Notes: generated from the sequence alone by a model not told the origin. A stretch of 64,000 bases of DNA from an uncultured Clostridium sp. (GCA_964588775.1 CAZPRO010000001.1:113-64112), one strand, 5' to 3'. Positions 41,063 to 52,369 are shown, counted from the stretch's first letter. Numbers and translations: made by a program.

Positions 41063-41455
41063 ATGGAAACTAAAAATTTATTTGAACAATTTAATGAAGG
41101 TAAGTTAAGCTTGCCTAACAAAGAAATACTTTTTTCTGAATTGGCATGGAATCAGCATCCAACTTTTGAAGGAGTAGAATTAAAACATATTATTACTTCT
41201 AAAGATACTAATGGTGAATTCAGCTATCATTTGGTTAGAATTGCACCTAACAAATCTATAGGTTTACATGTTCATGAAAATCAGTTGGAAACTCATGAAA
41301 TAATATCAGGAAATGGATATGCAATCAATAATGGAGAAAAATTAAATTATGCTCCTGGAATAATTTCAATTTTTCCAAAAAATATTCCTCATGAAGTTTA
41401 TGCTGGTCATGACGGTTTATATATTTTTGCAAAATTTTTTCCAGCTCTTGTTTAA
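41063..41455 (+). CDS. cupin domain protein
   Basis: Cupin motif GLHVHENQLETHEIISGNG and a second motif with PKNIPHEV. ATG at 41063 with AAAGGTGG 8 nt upstream; the track start at 41051 is GTG within the SD. Confidence 0.75.
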   Translation: METKNLFEQFNEGKLSLPNKEILFSELAWNQHPTFEGVELKHIITSKDTNGEFSYHLVRIAPNKSIGLHVHENQLETHEIISGNGYAINNGEKLNYAPGIISIFPKNIPHEVYAGHDGLYIFAKFFPALV

Positions 41456-41492
41456 ATCAAAGCTTATGCATTTATTTAAATGAAAGCAAATT

Positions 41493-42248
41493 TCATCTTA
41501 AAAAATGAAAAGAATCAATATACTCATTAGGTGTTAATCCCAGTATATTTTTAAAATGTCTGATGAAATGACTTTCATCATAAAAACCACAGCTTAGGGC
41601 TGCTTCCATAATATTGTAATTCTCGTTTAAATATTTCTGGCTTTTTCTTATTCTATTTTGAATTATAAATTTATGGGGTGTAAGCCCTATTTCATTTTTT
41701 ATTAATCTAATCAAATAGTACTTGCTTATATTAACTTCTTTTGAAATATATTCAATATCATACTTTTCCTCAGGACTTGACACAATCTTATCTATAATAT
41801 TAGTAATTCTTCCTTCTATTTGTCTATGATTATTTTCATCAAAAATAACTTTTATTACATTTAAAAATATATTTATATTTTTAAATGTAATAAAACCTTT
41901 GTCCATGATTTTTTTTAAATCATCTATAACAATATTTTTAATATAATCATATTCTAAATACTGCAGCTTCTCTTTATTCAAACATATACAAATCATACTA
42001 TATCTATCATTTTCAGGTATTATAGAATGAACTTCATAAGGTCTTATTACATGATACATTCCTTTTTCCAACACAAAACATTTATTCATGCCTTTAATTT
42101 TTATTTTTCCCTCCAATAAAAATAAAATACTGTATACAGAAACATGATTGTGCATAGGATATAATATATTAGAATTTGAAGTAATTATATATTCTATTCC
42201 AACTCTATCTTTAAAATATTTTACACTTCCTTTATTCATTCTTATCAC
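41493..42248 (-). CDS. AraC-family transcriptional regulator
   Basis: Cupin-like N-terminal sensor and C-terminal double HTH ending ALSCGFYDESHFIRHFKNILGLTPNEY. Confidence 0.85.
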   Translation of the reverse strand: MIRMNKGSVKYFKDRVGIEYIITSNSNILYPMHNHVSVYSILFLLEGKIKIKGMNKCFVLEKGMYHVIRPYEVHSIIPENDRYSMICICLNKEKLQYLEYDYIKNIVIDDLKKIMDKGFITFKNINIFLNVIKVIFDENNHRQIEGRITNIIDKIVSSPEEKYDIEYISKEVNISKYYLIRLIKNEIGLTPHKFIIQNRIRKSQKYLNENYNIMEAALSCGFYDESHFIRHFKNILGLTPNEYIDSFHFLR

Positions 42249-42260
42249 CCTTAATTAGTT

Positions 42261-43103
42261 TTAATTAATCTGCAATTGAGCTCCTGTTTTATTAACAAAT
42301 ACTCCATCACAACATTTATTTAATATATTTCCTGCCTTAACTCCAGTACAATGAGATAATCCAATTATATTCATTTTTTTATTTTTTAAATATTCTGCAC
42401 TTTTTTTAATTCTATAATCATTTGCTGAAATAAGATGTGTTCCTCCAATTATTCCAAAAATCTCTTCTCCTTCATATTCCTCTATACTATCTATTATGTT
42501 TAAAAAACCTGGATGTGCACATCCAACAAGAACAATTAATCCATTTTTAGTTTTTAAACCAACTGCAATTTCCTCCTGGAATTTATCAGTAATATATTCA
42601 TTATTATTTGTTTTAATTTTTAAAGCTTCATTATATTTTTCAAAACCATGAATTCTTTTAAAATTAGTAAAAACAAAAACTTCATTATTGACCTTATATT
42701 TATTTTCACATATGGCTTTAACCTTTATACCCCTGTTTTTTAAATAGACTTCATCAAAATCTATTCCATTATATCTGTAAGTATTATTATCTTTATTATA
42801 ATGATATTTATTTGAATTTTCAAAAAAATTGCTTCCAACTATCACTTGTGGCAGTATATTATAAGTTTCTAAGAGGAGTTTTAAACCTCCACAGTGATCA
42901 TAATGCCCATGACTTAATATTAAAGTACTTATACTCTTTAAATCTATGTTCATCTTCTCCGCATTTTTTAAAAAATCTCCACTCTGACCTGTATCAAATA
43001 ATATATTTCCATATGAAGATTCTATAAACATAGATAGACCATGTTCATTTATAAGAATTCCCTTATCATCTTTTGTATTTTCAATTAATGTTGTTATTTT
43101 CAT
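42261..43103 (-). CDS. MBL-fold metallo-hydrolase
   Basis: LILSHGHYDHCGG motif. 280 aa. Confidence 0.75.
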   Translation of the reverse strand: MKITTLIENTKDDKGILINEHGLSMFIESSYGNILFDTGQSGDFLKNAEKMNIDLKSISTLILSHGHYDHCGGLKLLLETYNILPQVIVGSNFFENSNKYHYNKDNNTYRYNGIDFDEVYLKNRGIKVKAICENKYKVNNEVFVFTNFKRIHGFEKYNEALKIKTNNNEYITDKFQEEIAVGLKTKNGLIVLVGCAHPGFLNIIDSIEEYEGEEIFGIIGGTHLISANDYRIKKSAEYLKNKKMNIIGLSHCTGVKAGNILNKCCDGVFVNKTGAQLQIN

Positions 43104-43320
43104 AATCTTTCACCTCAATGGATATTTTATTATTAAATTTTATTTCTGACACATTACTGCCACATTTCATTAGTATAATAATTATTGTAAAGTTAGTAAT
43201 TAATTTTATTTTTCATTATTATCCCTTTAATAAATATTTGTTTTAAATCACCAGTTCTTCCCTATACTGGTGATTATAAATTTAATTTTTTCATAAGTAT
43301 ATCCCTTTATAATATAAAAG

Positions 43321-43355
43321 AATGCCGGCTTATTCCCCCTATATAAGCTGGCATT
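43321..43355 (-). terminator. rho-independent terminator after the HAD hydrolase gene
   Basis: 13-bp stem AATGCCGGCTTAT / ATAAGCTGGCATT (one G-U pair) with a T-rich tail on the minus strand. Confidence 0.65.
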
Positions 43356-43362
43356 TTAATCT

Positions 43363-44013
43363 TTACTTTCTCTTCAAATAATCCTTTACCTGTATGAGAT
43401 CATGTAAAATTATTATGGCTTTTTCTCTCATTTCATCTGTAGAAGGCAGTAAGTCTGGAACCATGATAGGCTTCATTGCTGCACTATAGGCTGACCTAAT
43501 TCCATTATAAGAATCTTCCACTGCATATGTATCTTTAGGGTCTACATTCATTTTCTCACATGTCATAAGATAAATATCTGGATATGGCTTGCTCCTTTGC
43601 AGCAAATCTCCGCCCATAATAGTATTAAAATATTCATATAATCCAGCTTCCTTTAATTCCTTTGTAACAATTTCTATTCTTGTTGAAGAAGCAAGTCCTA
43701 TTACATATTCTTCTTCTTTTAAATAATTCAGCAGCTCTTCCACTCCCTTTTTTAAAGGAAGTCCTTCCTCTTCTGCTGTTTTGTGAAAAAGTTCTGAAGC
43801 CTTATCTCGAAATTCTATATAATTGAAATCTGTTCCATAGATTTTTTCCATTGTCTTCTTAGTACTTTCTCTTGTAGTACCTACACATTTAAGAAAAGAC
43901 TCTTCAATATTATTTAATCCATACTCTGGAGCATAATGTTTCCATGTTCTTAAAACTAACTGTTCACTGTCAAATATTATACCATCCATATCAAATACTA
44001 TACTCTTCTTCAC
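43363..44013 (-). CDS. HAD-superfamily hydrolase (beta-phosphoglucomutase-like subfamily)
   Basis: Motif I VFDMDGIIFDSE, motif II GLASST, motif IV-like EDSYNG. Confidence 0.8.
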   Translation of the reverse strand: MKKSIVFDMDGIIFDSEQLVLRTWKHYAPEYGLNNIEESFLKCVGTTRESTKKTMEKIYGTDFNYIEFRDKASELFHKTAEEEGLPLKKGVEELLNYLKEEEYVIGLASSTRIEIVTKELKEAGLYEYFNTIMGGDLLQRSKPYPDIYLMTCEKMNVDPKDTYAVEDSYNGIRSAYSAAMKPIMVPDLLPSTDEMREKAIIILHDLIQVKDYLKRK

Positions 44014-44027
44014 AAACCACTTCTCCT

Positions 44028-47000
44028 TTATATTCTGTTGAAAGCCCTTGCAAGCATTAACTTAATTCTATTCATCTGGTTAACTTCACTTGCACCAGGA
44101 TCATATTCTATTGTTACAATATTCAATTTTTTATTTATATTTTTAAGAGCCTTAATACTTCCTCTAACTATTGTATGTGATGGAAGACACCCAAAAGGCT
44201 GCATACATATTATATTATTAACTCCCCAGTTTGAAAGTTCAAGTATTTCTCCTGGAAGTTTCCATCCTTCACCAGATTGATTTCCAATAGATAAAATCTT
44301 TTCTGCATTTTCTGCCATTTCATCTATCCTTTCAGTAACATAAAATTTCTTGCTTTTCTTTAATGCATTAATATATATTTTTTGATATTTTTCTATAAAC
44401 TTTATAACCATCTCACCTGTTATTTTACTTAAAAATGTTCCTTCCAGCATTTTATAGTTAAATACTTTTATTTTAGCGTTGGCAAGAAACATTGTTAAAA
44501 AGTCATTATGAACAACTTCCACTCCTTCATTCTCTAGCATTTTTATAATATTATTATTTGCTACATCATTAAACTTAACTAACAGTTCTCCTACAATACC
44601 AACTTTAGGTTTTTCTTCACTTACAATAGAAACATTTTCAAAATCCCTAATAACTCCTTCAATTATATTCTTAAAATGCTTGGATAAAGGCTCCTTAAAG
44701 GATTCTCTGCATATATTAATCCATTTTTCGTAAAGTTTATCTACCGTTCCTGAAATTTTCTCATAAGGTCTTATTCTATGTACTACTCTTGATAATAAAT
44801 CTCCATATATAATTCCTGCAATTGCTTTCTTAGCCATATCAAAAGTAATCCCTTCAAGAGCATTTGCCTTTTTAACTCCAGCAAGATTAAATGAAATTAC
44901 TGGTATATTTTCAAATCCAGCTTCCTTTAATGCTTTTTCAAGAACTTTTACATAATTTGTAAACCTGCATTGTCCCTCACTTTGTGCCAAAAGAACTGCA
45001 GTATTTTCCAAATCATATTTTCCAGATTTTAAAGCTTCTATTATCTGACCAATTACCACTACTGCTGGATAGCACATATCATTGTTTACATACTTTATAC
45101 CTTCATTAACTGCATTTGACGAATTATTTAATACTACAATGTCATATCCATTTTGTTTAAACAAACCTTGTAGTACATCAAAATGAATTTTGGAGAACTG
45201 TGGAACAATTATAGTTTTTTCCTTGCCTGGATTTACATATTCCTTAGATTCATCCTTATCCAAAGCTGCTGCAACTAAATTCCAGCCATTCGCATCTCTT
45301 TCTTCTACTGCTGCTTTGAGAGAACGAAGCCTGATTCTTGCTGCACCTAAATTACTTCCTTCATCAATTTTTATATTGGTATAAATTTTGTTTCCTTTTT
45401 TTAATATATCACTTACAGCTTCAGTAGTAACCGAATCAAGACCACATCCAAATGAAGTTAATTGAACAAGATTTATATCATTCATGTTTAATATGAAATT
45501 TGCAGCCCTATATAATCTTGAATGATAAGCCCATTGGTCAACTATATTGGCTTCTTCTTTAAATTCTCCAAAACAAGCAAGAGAATCTTCTGTAAACACA
45601 GCCATGTTAAGGCTTGTAATAAGTTTTGGAATTCCATGATTAATTTCCGGATCAATATGATATGGTCTTCCGCTTAACAGGATACCCTTAATATTATTTT
45701 CTTTTATGTATCTTAAGGCTTCCAAACCTTTCTGCTTTATGTCTCCCTTAAATTTTTCCTGCTCTTCCCATGCCTTTTCAACTGCATTATCTATTTCTTT
45801 AAATGGGATATTAAATTCTTTAAGTTCTTCCTTAAGTCTTCTCTTTAATCTTTTCTTATCTGCAATTGGCAGAAAGGGATTCATAAATTTAACATTATTT
45901 TCTTTTAAAGAATCCACATTGTTTTTTATAACTTCTGCATAGGAAGTTACAACGGGACAATTAAATGTATTAGCAGCCTTTTCAAATTCTCTTTTTTCAT
46001 GAACTATACAAGGATAAAAGATCACCTTTATATTACGCTGAACTAAATCTTCTATGTGCCCATGAACAATCTTTGCAGGATAACATGCTGTTTCTGAAGC
46101 AATTGAAGAAATCCCCTTTTCATATATCTTCTTACTTGATGGAGATGAAACTTCAACTCTAAATTTGAGTTCTGTAAAAATAGTAAACCATAAAGGATAA
46201 TTCTCATATATATTAAGTACTCTGGGAATACCTATTATTCCCCTTTTAGCTTCTTTCTCTGACAATGGTTTGTAACTAAATAATCTTTCATATTTATATT
46301 CATAAAGATTAGGAATTTCTTCATTCTTTTTCTTTAACCCTAAAGGTGCTTCACATTTGTTACCAGCTATAAATCTGTTCCCATTTGCAAAAGTATTAAT
46401 AGTAAGCATGCAATTGTTTCCACATCTTCCGCACCTTGCAAAAGCCGACTTCATATTAATATTTTCTATTTCTTCCTTGTCTGCAATAGTACTTTTATAA
46501 CCCTTTGTATATCTTTCCTTTGCTATAATTGCAGCTCCAAAGGCACCCATAAGACCAGATATATTAGGTCTTATTACATTTTTTTTGCTTAATAATTCAA
46601 AACTTCTAAGCACAGCGTCATTATAAAAAGTTCCACCTTGAACAACTATATTTTGTCCAAGTTCCTCACTGTTTCTAAGCTTTATAACTTTATAAAGAGA
46701 ATTTTTTACTACTGAATAAGCAAGACCTGCTGCAATATCTTCTACAGAAAATCCTTCTTTTTGAGCCTGTTTAACTTTAGAATTCATAAATACAGTGCAT
46801 CGTGAGCCTAAATCCACTGGATTTTTTGCTAAAAGTGCCTTCTTTGCAAAGTCTTTTATTTCAATTCCAAGAGATTTTGCAAAAGCCTGAAGAAAAGATC
46901 CACATCCAGCTGAACATGCCTCATTTAAAGTAATGCTTGCAATATTATTATTTTCAATTCGCAAGCATTTCATATCCTGACCACCAATATCAAGAATAAA

Positions 47001-48257
47001 ATCTACATCTCTATGAAAATATTTAGCTCCTTTATAATGGGCTACTGTTTCAATTTCACCAATATCAATTTTAAATGCTTCCTTTAAAAGTCCTTCTCCA
47101 TATCCAGTTACTGCTGAATTGACAATTTCAGCCTTGTCTGGCAGTTTGCTGTATATATCCTTTAGTATTTTTGTTGTTGTATTAACTGGGTTTCCCTTAT
47201 TATCTGAGTAATAAGAATATACTATTTCACAATTATCATTAATAAGAACAGCCTTTGTTGTTGTAGAACCTGCATCTATTCCAAGATAACAGCGCCCATC
47301 AGCCAGACTTATATCGAACTGTTTTACTACATTTTCACTATGTCTTTTAACAAAACTATGATATTCTTCTTCATTTTCAAACAAAGGTTTTAATACATGT
47401 TTTTTTTCTTTTGTTTCTTTATGAGCCTTGTTTATATTATTTATTAAAGCGTTATAACTGGTAACTCCCTTTCCACCACTCATAAGTGCAGTTCCCATAG
47501 CTACATATAATTCTGAATTTTCTGGAAAAATCACTTCTTGTGGTTTAAGATTTAAAACTTCAATAAACCTTTTCCTAAGCTCTGAAAGGAATGTAAGAGG
47601 TCCTCCTAAAAAAGCAACATTTCCTTTTATTGGATGCCCACAGGCAAGTGCACTTATACTTTGCATGACTACTGCATGAAAAATAGATATTGCTATATCT
47701 GCTTTTTCTGCTCCTTCATTAATTAAAGGCTGTATATCTGTTTTGGCAAAAACCCCACATCTTGCTGCTATTTTATATATCTGCTTATAATCTTTTGCTT
47801 CTTCATTAAGCTGCGTTGCATTCATATCAAGAAGAGATGCCATTTGGTCAATAAATGCTCCTGTGCCTCCTGCACATGTACCATTCATTCTCTGCTCAAC
47901 ACCATTTTTCAAATATGTAATTTTGGCATCTTCTCCTCCAAGTTCAATTATTACATCAGTTTCAGGATTATATTTTTGTACTGCCTTTGTACTTGCTACA
48001 ACTTCTTGAACAAATTCTACCTTTAACTTTTCTGCCAGACCCATTCCTCCAGATCCTGAAACAGCAGTATACAATTCATATTCTTCAAATTCATCTATGG
48101 TATTTCTACAATCTTCCAGGCATTTAATAAATGCATTCTTAATTTCTGAATAATGTCTTCTATATGTTTTATACAGAAGTTTTTCTTCTTCATTTATTAC
48201 TACCATTTTAATGGTTGTAGATCCAATATCCACACCCATCTTTAATGTGTTTTTCAT
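44028..48257 (-). CDS. fused CoA-substrate-specific enzyme activase-like protein (two BcrAD/BadFG ATPase modules plus dehydratase-like C-terminal region)
   Basis: 1409 aa. Two actin-fold ATPase starts, GVDIGSTTIKMVV (aa ~10) and GIDAGSTTTKAVL (aa ~325). Cys cluster CGRCGNNC, then about 750 aa of C-terminal domain. Confidence 0.7.
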   Translation of the reverse strand: MKNTLKMGVDIGSTTIKMVVINEEEKLLYKTYRRHYSEIKNAFIKCLEDCRNTIDEFEEYELYTAVSGSGGMGLAEKLKVEFVQEVVASTKAVQKYNPETDVIIELGGEDAKITYLKNGVEQRMNGTCAGGTGAFIDQMASLLDMNATQLNEEAKDYKQIYKIAARCGVFAKTDIQPLINEGAEKADIAISIFHAVVMQSISALACGHPIKGNVAFLGGPLTFLSELRKRFIEVLNLKPQEVIFPENSELYVAMGTALMSGGKGVTSYNALINNINKAHKETKEKKHVLKPLFENEEEYHSFVKRHSENVVKQFDISLADGRCYLGIDAGSTTTKAVLINDNCEIVYSYYSDNKGNPVNTTTKILKDIYSKLPDKAEIVNSAVTGYGEGLLKEAFKIDIGEIETVAHYKGAKYFHRDVDFILDIGGQDMKCLRIENNNIASITLNEACSAGCGSFLQAFAKSLGIEIKDFAKKALLAKNPVDLGSRCTVFMNSKVKQAQKEGFSVEDIAAGLAYSVVKNSLYKVIKLRNSEELGQNIVVQGGTFYNDAVLRSFELLSKKNVIRPNISGLMGAFGAAIIAKERYTKGYKSTIADKEEIENINMKSAFARCGRCGNNCMLTINTFANGNRFIAGNKCEAPLGLKKKNEEIPNLYEYKYERLFSYKPLSEKEAKRGIIGIPRVLNIYENYPLWFTIFTELKFRVEVSSPSSKKIYEKGISSIASETACYPAKIVHGHIEDLVQRNIKVIFYPCIVHEKREFEKAANTFNCPVVTSYAEVIKNNVDSLKENNVKFMNPFLPIADKKRLKRRLKEELKEFNIPFKEIDNAVEKAWEEQEKFKGDIKQKGLEALRYIKENNIKGILLSGRPYHIDPEINHGIPKLITSLNMAVFTEDSLACFGEFKEEANIVDQWAYHSRLYRAANFILNMNDINLVQLTSFGCGLDSVTTEAVSDILKKGNKIYTNIKIDEGSNLGAARIRLRSLKAAVEERDANGWNLVAAALDKDESKEYVNPGKEKTIIVPQFSKIHFDVLQGLFKQNGYDIVVLNNSSNAVNEGIKYVNNDMCYPAVVVIGQIIEALKSGKYDLENTAVLLAQSEGQCRFTNYVKVLEKALKEAGFENIPVISFNLAGVKKANALEGITFDMAKKAIAGIIYGDLLSRVVHRIRPYEKISGTVDKLYEKWINICRESFKEPLSKHFKNIIEGVIRDFENVSIVSEEKPKVGIVGELLVKFNDVANNNIIKMLENEGVEVVHNDFLTMFLANAKIKVFNYKMLEGTFLSKITGEMVIKFIEKYQKIYINALKKSKKFYVTERIDEMAENAEKILSIGNQSGEGWKLPGEILELSNWGVNNIICMQPFGCLPSHTIVRGSIKALKNINKKLNIVTIEYDPGASEVNQMNRIKLMLARAFNRI

Positions 48258-48336
48258 TTTGTCCTCCTACAATATGACATATTTTATCTTTAATAATTAT
48301 ACAACATATTTTTAACACTTAACACATTAAATAAAC

Positions 48337-48362
48337 AAAAAAACAGCTAAGTGCTGTTTTTT
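48337..48362 (-). terminator. rho-independent terminator after hslO
   Basis: Stem AAAAAAACAGC / GCTGTTTTTT with a 5-nt loop, 9 nt after the hslO stop. Confidence 0.6.
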
Positions 48363-48370
48363 ATTGATTA

Positions 48371-49246
48371 TTAATATTTTAAAAGTTCACCAATATCCTC
48401 TTTAGTAAATTCATATTTTTTATTACAAAAATTACATACTATTTCTTCACCTTTTCCGTCATCATATAATTCTTGAAGATCTTTTTTTCCTATTGAAACA
48501 AGAGCCTTTTCTACTCTTTTACGACTACAGTCACACTTATATGCCGGCGTGCTGACCTCTAGAATTTTAAGCTCCATACCTTCAAAGATAAATTCTAAAA
48601 TTTCTTCAATAGTTTTTCCTTCATTAATCATTGTTGTTATAGGCGGTACTTCCTGAAGTCTGTATGTAATAACATCAGCAAGAAGTTCATCACTTCCCGG
48701 CATCATCTGTACTATAAATCCTCCTGCACATTTTATGGATAAATCCCTATCCACTAACACTCCAAGAGAAACAGCAGAAGGCGTCTGTTCTGATACAGTA
48801 AAGTAAAAAGCAAAATCATCTCCTATTTCTCCAGTTTGAATGGGAACCTGACCTACATAAGGATCTTTAAGTCCTAAATCTTTTATTACGTATAATATGC
48901 CATTAGTTCCTACTGCTCCTCCTACATCCAGCTTTCCTTTTTCATTTAATGGTCTGTCAACATATGGATTTCCAATAAATCCTTTTACACTACTATCACT
49001 ATGAGCAGTTACTGTTATTCCATTTATGTCTCCGCCACCATTTATCTTTAAAGTTGTTACTTCCTTATGGCCTTTAAGCATTGACCCCATTAATGCTCCA
49101 GCTGTAAGCATTCTTCCAAAAGCAGCACTACAAACTGGTGTACAGTCATGAATTTTTGTGCCTTCATTAACAAGATTGGTTGTTATTGCTCCAATTATTC
49201 TTACCATTCCATCTTTTGCTGTAGCTTTAATTAATTTATCTTCCAT
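48371..49246 (-). CDS. hslO: redox-regulated chaperone Hsp33
   Basis: C-terminal zinc centre CDCS...CNFC and conserved N-terminal core. 291 aa. Confidence 0.9.
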   Translation of the reverse strand: MEDKLIKATAKDGMVRIIGAITTNLVNEGTKIHDCTPVCSAAFGRMLTAGALMGSMLKGHKEVTTLKINGGGDINGITVTAHSDSSVKGFIGNPYVDRPLNEKGKLDVGGAVGTNGILYVIKDLGLKDPYVGQVPIQTGEIGDDFAFYFTVSEQTPSAVSLGVLVDRDLSIKCAGGFIVQMMPGSDELLADVITYRLQEVPPITTMINEGKTIEEILEFIFEGMELKILEVSTPAYKCDCSRKRVEKALVSIGKKDLQELYDDGKGEEIVCNFCNKKYEFTKEDIGELLKY

Positions 49247-49263
49247 ACTTATTTACCCATCTC

Positions 49264-50007
49264 CTATTTTCTTTTTCTTACTACATATAATATTCTCTCT
49301 GATTCTTCATTTACTGGTTTATTACTATATCCATCAAACTTATGTAGTATTTCAAAATTATTTTTGTAAAGAACCTGACTTACATACTCATCTCTATATG
49401 CTCTTTCATAATGTTCTTCATCAAATCTCTCGTATAAATTATTTTTATTTTTTACAAAAAAAGTTAAAAACATATTTGAAACTTCATCTTCAAAAATATT
49501 TTCCCATGTGTAAAATACCTTAGGGGAATCATATGTAAAAATATTATTTCCTAATATTTCACTTAATTTATACCATGAATTCATATCAAACACAAACAGA
49601 CCATTTTCTTTTAAGTGATTGTATACTCCTTTTATATAATTTTCAAAATCTTCTTCGTCTATTATGTAATTACTGGAATCAAGAACACAGGTTATTAAAT
49701 CAAATGTATGATTCAAATTAAGTTCAGTCATATCCTGACATATTACTTTAGACTTAATTTTCTTTGAATGCAGCTTTTCATATGCAATACTAAGCATATC
49801 ATGAGATAAATCTACTGCATATGTATTTTTAAAATTTTTCCCAACTATGCAGCTTACATTTCCTGTTCCACATGCTAAATCGAGATAGTCATTATTATCT
49901 ATATTGTATGTATGACAAATTTCTTTAATTTTATTATATATTTTCTCATAATTGATGTCTTCATTTATTAATTCATCATATATTGCTGCAAACTCTTCAT
50001 ACGCCAT
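49264..50007 (-). CDS. class I SAM-dependent methyltransferase
   Basis: Motif I LDLACGTGN and post-I acidic residue AVDLS. 247 aa. Confidence 0.8.
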   Translation of the reverse strand: MAYEEFAAIYDELINEDINYEKIYNKIKEICHTYNIDNNDYLDLACGTGNVSCIVGKNFKNTYAVDLSHDMLSIAYEKLHSKKIKSKVICQDMTELNLNHTFDLITCVLDSSNYIIDEEDFENYIKGVYNHLKENGLFVFDMNSWYKLSEILGNNIFTYDSPKVFYTWENIFEDEVSNMFLTFFVKNKNNLYERFDEEHYERAYRDEYVSQVLYKNNFEILHKFDGYSNKPVNEESERILYVVRKRK

Positions 50008-50095
50008 TTATATGTCACGCCCTTAAATATTTTTCTTATTTCCTAGTATATTATATCTTAAAACAGCCCATAGTCAATTATTTAAAATTATCCCA

Positions 50096-50347
50096 TTAAT
50101 TTTTTTTATTTAATATGTCCTTATTTAAAGGAATTTTTAAAGTTCTCTTTCTTTTGTTCATAAGCCCTCCAATTCTTCCAGTTTCCTGTGCTGATAATCC
50201 TCCCCAGCCTTCTCTTACAACCTTATCTATAAGACCAAGCTCCTCTGCTATTTCATACTTCATTTTTTCTCTCAGCTTTTCTGCTTCTGTTAATTCCTTG
50301 TTATTTTTAAGCTTCGATTTTATTACTTTTTTTAATGGTGCACTCAA
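50096..50347 (-). CDS. alpha/beta-type small acid-soluble spore protein, SspF-like
   Basis: KMKYEIAEELGLIDKVVREGWGGLSAQETGRIGGLMNKR parallels the B. subtilis SspF pattern KYELAKDLG...GGWG...G..VKR. Confidence 0.65.
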   Translation of the reverse strand: MSAPLKKVIKSKLKNNKELTEAEKLREKMKYEIAEELGLIDKVVREGWGGLSAQETGRIGGLMNKRKRTLKIPLNKDILNKKN

Positions 50348-50562
50348 ATAATCACTTCCTTAAAACAATTATTTTTTGTTTTACTATATTCTTGCCTAAA
50401 TATATTTATCTTATTCTGCAGATTTTAAGGTTCCACATTCTAAAATATAGACGTCATTCATAAAAATGTATATACTATATTATATCTAAGAATTTTATTG
50501 TTTTTAGAAACTCTTTATTTGAACCTGTATATTATAATATATAACTATCTTGGAGGATTTTT

Positions 50563-51444
50563 ATGTCCATATTTAAAGGCTCAGGAGTAGCCATAGTTAC
50601 TCCCTTCAATAAAAATGGTGTTGATTTTGCTACTTTAGAAAAGCTATTAGAATATCATGTATCAAATAAAACTGATGCCATAATAATTTGTGGAACAACT
50701 GGTGAAGGTTCAACCATGTCATACAAAGAAAAAGAAGAAACTATAAAATTCGCTGTTGATGTTATAAACAAACGTATTCCAGTAATTGCAGGAACAGGCT
50801 CAAATAATACCTCTTCAGCAGTAAAAATGAGTAAATTTGCTCAATCTGTTGGAGTTGATGGACTTCTTGTAATAACACCCTATTATAATAAAGCAAATGA
50901 AAATGGCATTATAAAACATTTTGAAGCAATCAATAATGCTGTTAATATCCCCATTATTGTCTATAATGTACCCTCTAGAACTGGTGTAAATATAAGTCCA
51001 CAGACTTTTCTGAAATTATGCAGTTTAAAAAATATTACTGCTATAAAAGAAGCCAGCGGTAATATGAGTCAGATAGCTGAAATAAAAGCTTTATGTAAAG
51101 ATAAAATTGATATTTATTCTGGTAATGATGATTTAATTGTGCCTATAATGTCCCTAGGAGGAATTGGTGTCATATCTGTTCTTGCAAATATAATACCTGA
51201 AACAGTACACTATATAACCAGCTTATGTTTAAAAGGAGATTTTAAAAAAGCTTCTGAAATTCAACTTAAATATATAGATTTAATAAATGCTCTATTTATG
51301 GAGGTAAATCCTATTCCTATAAAAACTGCTATGAATTTAATGAATCTTAATGCTGGTTTATTAAGACTACCTTTGTGCGAAATGAGTGAAGATAATAAAA
51401 ACAAATTAATATCTGCACTTAAAGATAAAAATTTAATTAAGTAA
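50563..51444 (+). CDS. dapA: 4-hydroxy-tetrahydrodipicolinate synthase
   Basis: [18 protein letters not shown] and the Schiff-base Lys context AIKEASG. GGAGGA SD. Confidence 0.95.
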   Translation: MSIFKGSGVAIVTPFNKNGVDFATLEKLLEYHVSNKTDAIIICGTTGEGSTMSYKEKEETIKFAVDVINKRIPVIAGTGSNNTSSAVKMSKFAQSVGVDGLLVITPYYNKANENGIIKHFEAINNAVNIPIIVYNVPSRTGVNISPQTFLKLCSLKNITAIKEASGNMSQIAEIKALCKDKIDIYSGNDDLIVPIMSLGGIGVISVLANIIPETVHYITSLCLKGDFKKASEIQLKYIDLINALFMEVNPIPIKTAMNLMNLNAGLLRLPLCEMSEDNKNKLISALKDKNLIK

Positions 51445-51446
51445 GG

Positions 51447-52214
51447 ATGATGAATAAAATGGTTAAAGTAATATTAAATGGCTGCTGTGGTAAAATGGGC
51501 AAAATGATTACAGAATGCTCAAAACAGTTTTCAAATTTAGAAATAGTTGGAGGTATAGATAAATTTCCAAGTCCTGCTCCATATCCAGTTTTTAAATCTC
51601 CAGAAGAATTAAACATTGAATATGATGTATTATTAGATTTTTCAAGAGCTGATGCCCTTGATGGTCTACTAGCTCTTACAGAAAAAACAAAAAAACCTTT
51701 TGTTATCTGCTCAACTGGCTTTTCTAAAGAACAGCTTGAATTAATTGAAGAAAAAAGCCAAACTCTTCCTTTATTCAGATCAGCTAACATGTCATTTGGA
51801 ATAAACTTAATAAACTCATTACTAAAAAAGGTTGCTCCTATGCTTTATGGCAACTATGACATTGAAATAGTTGAAAAACATCATAATCAGAAAGTTGATT
51901 CTCCAAGTGGTACTGCTGTTCTTTTAGCTGATACAATTAAAGATTCTTTAAAGGATGAAACTAAATTTGTTTATGGCAGAGAAGGGAATCATAAGAGAGA
52001 ACAAAATGAAATTGGCATACATGCAATAAGAGGCGGTTCTATTGTTGGTGACCATGATGTTATCTTTGCTGGTACTGGTGAAGTAATTGAAATTTCACAC
52101 AAAGCTATTTCAAGAGAAGTGTTTGCAATAGGTGCTTTAAAGGCATGTGAATACATGGCTGATATAACAAAACCAGGTCACTATGATATGAATGATGTAA
52201 TAGGACTTGAATAG
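51447..52214 (+). CDS. dapB: 4-hydroxy-tetrahydrodipicolinate reductase
   Basis: NAD(P) motif [10 protein letters not shown] and [15 protein letters not shown]. The exact start among three nearby ATGs is uncertain. Confidence 0.9.
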   Translation: MMNKMVKVILNGCCGKMGKMITECSKQFSNLEIVGGIDKFPSPAPYPVFKSPEELNIEYDVLLDFSRADALDGLLALTEKTKKPFVICSTGFSKEQLELIEEKSQTLPLFRSANMSFGINLINSLLKKVAPMLYGNYDIEIVEKHHNQKVDSPSGTAVLLADTIKDSLKDETKFVYGREGNHKREQNEIGIHAIRGGSIVGDHDVIFAGTGEVIEISHKAISREVFAIGALKACEYMADITKPGHYDMNDVIGLE

Positions 52215-52312
52215 ATAATTACAATAAAAAATAGAAATGGTTATACTCAAACACGTTTTTTAACAATATTTATATATTATATTGTATGTAACTTTTTAAT
52301 TTAACAAAAAGC

Positions 52313-52365
52313 AGGCCGTCTGCGTAACTAATGAGAAAATTAGTTATGAGTCGGCCTTGTATTTT
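52313..52365 (+). terminator. terminator after dapB (compound hairpin)
   Basis: Outer stem AGGCCG/CGGCCT (52313-52318 / 52352-52357) and inner stem TAACTAAT/ATTAGTTA, followed by TGTATTTTT. Confidence 0.65.
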
Positions 52366-52369
52366 TATA

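Noticed and set aside
50348-50562. Looked for a lysine (L-box) riboswitch upstream of dapA.
   Set aside because: No GC-containing conserved helices or AGAGGNGC-type core are visible, and the region is too AT-rich. This should still be confirmed with a covariance model.
51437-51790. 117-aa minus-strand ORF overlapping dapB. Also 54708-55399 (four minus-strand ORFs over dapH and its terminator), 49158-49523, 33297-33719 and 45190-45942.
   Set aside because: They lie antisense to confidently identified genes. The dapH shadow ORFs simply mirror its hexapeptide repeats. The ORF at 55214-55399 runs through a bidirectional terminator.
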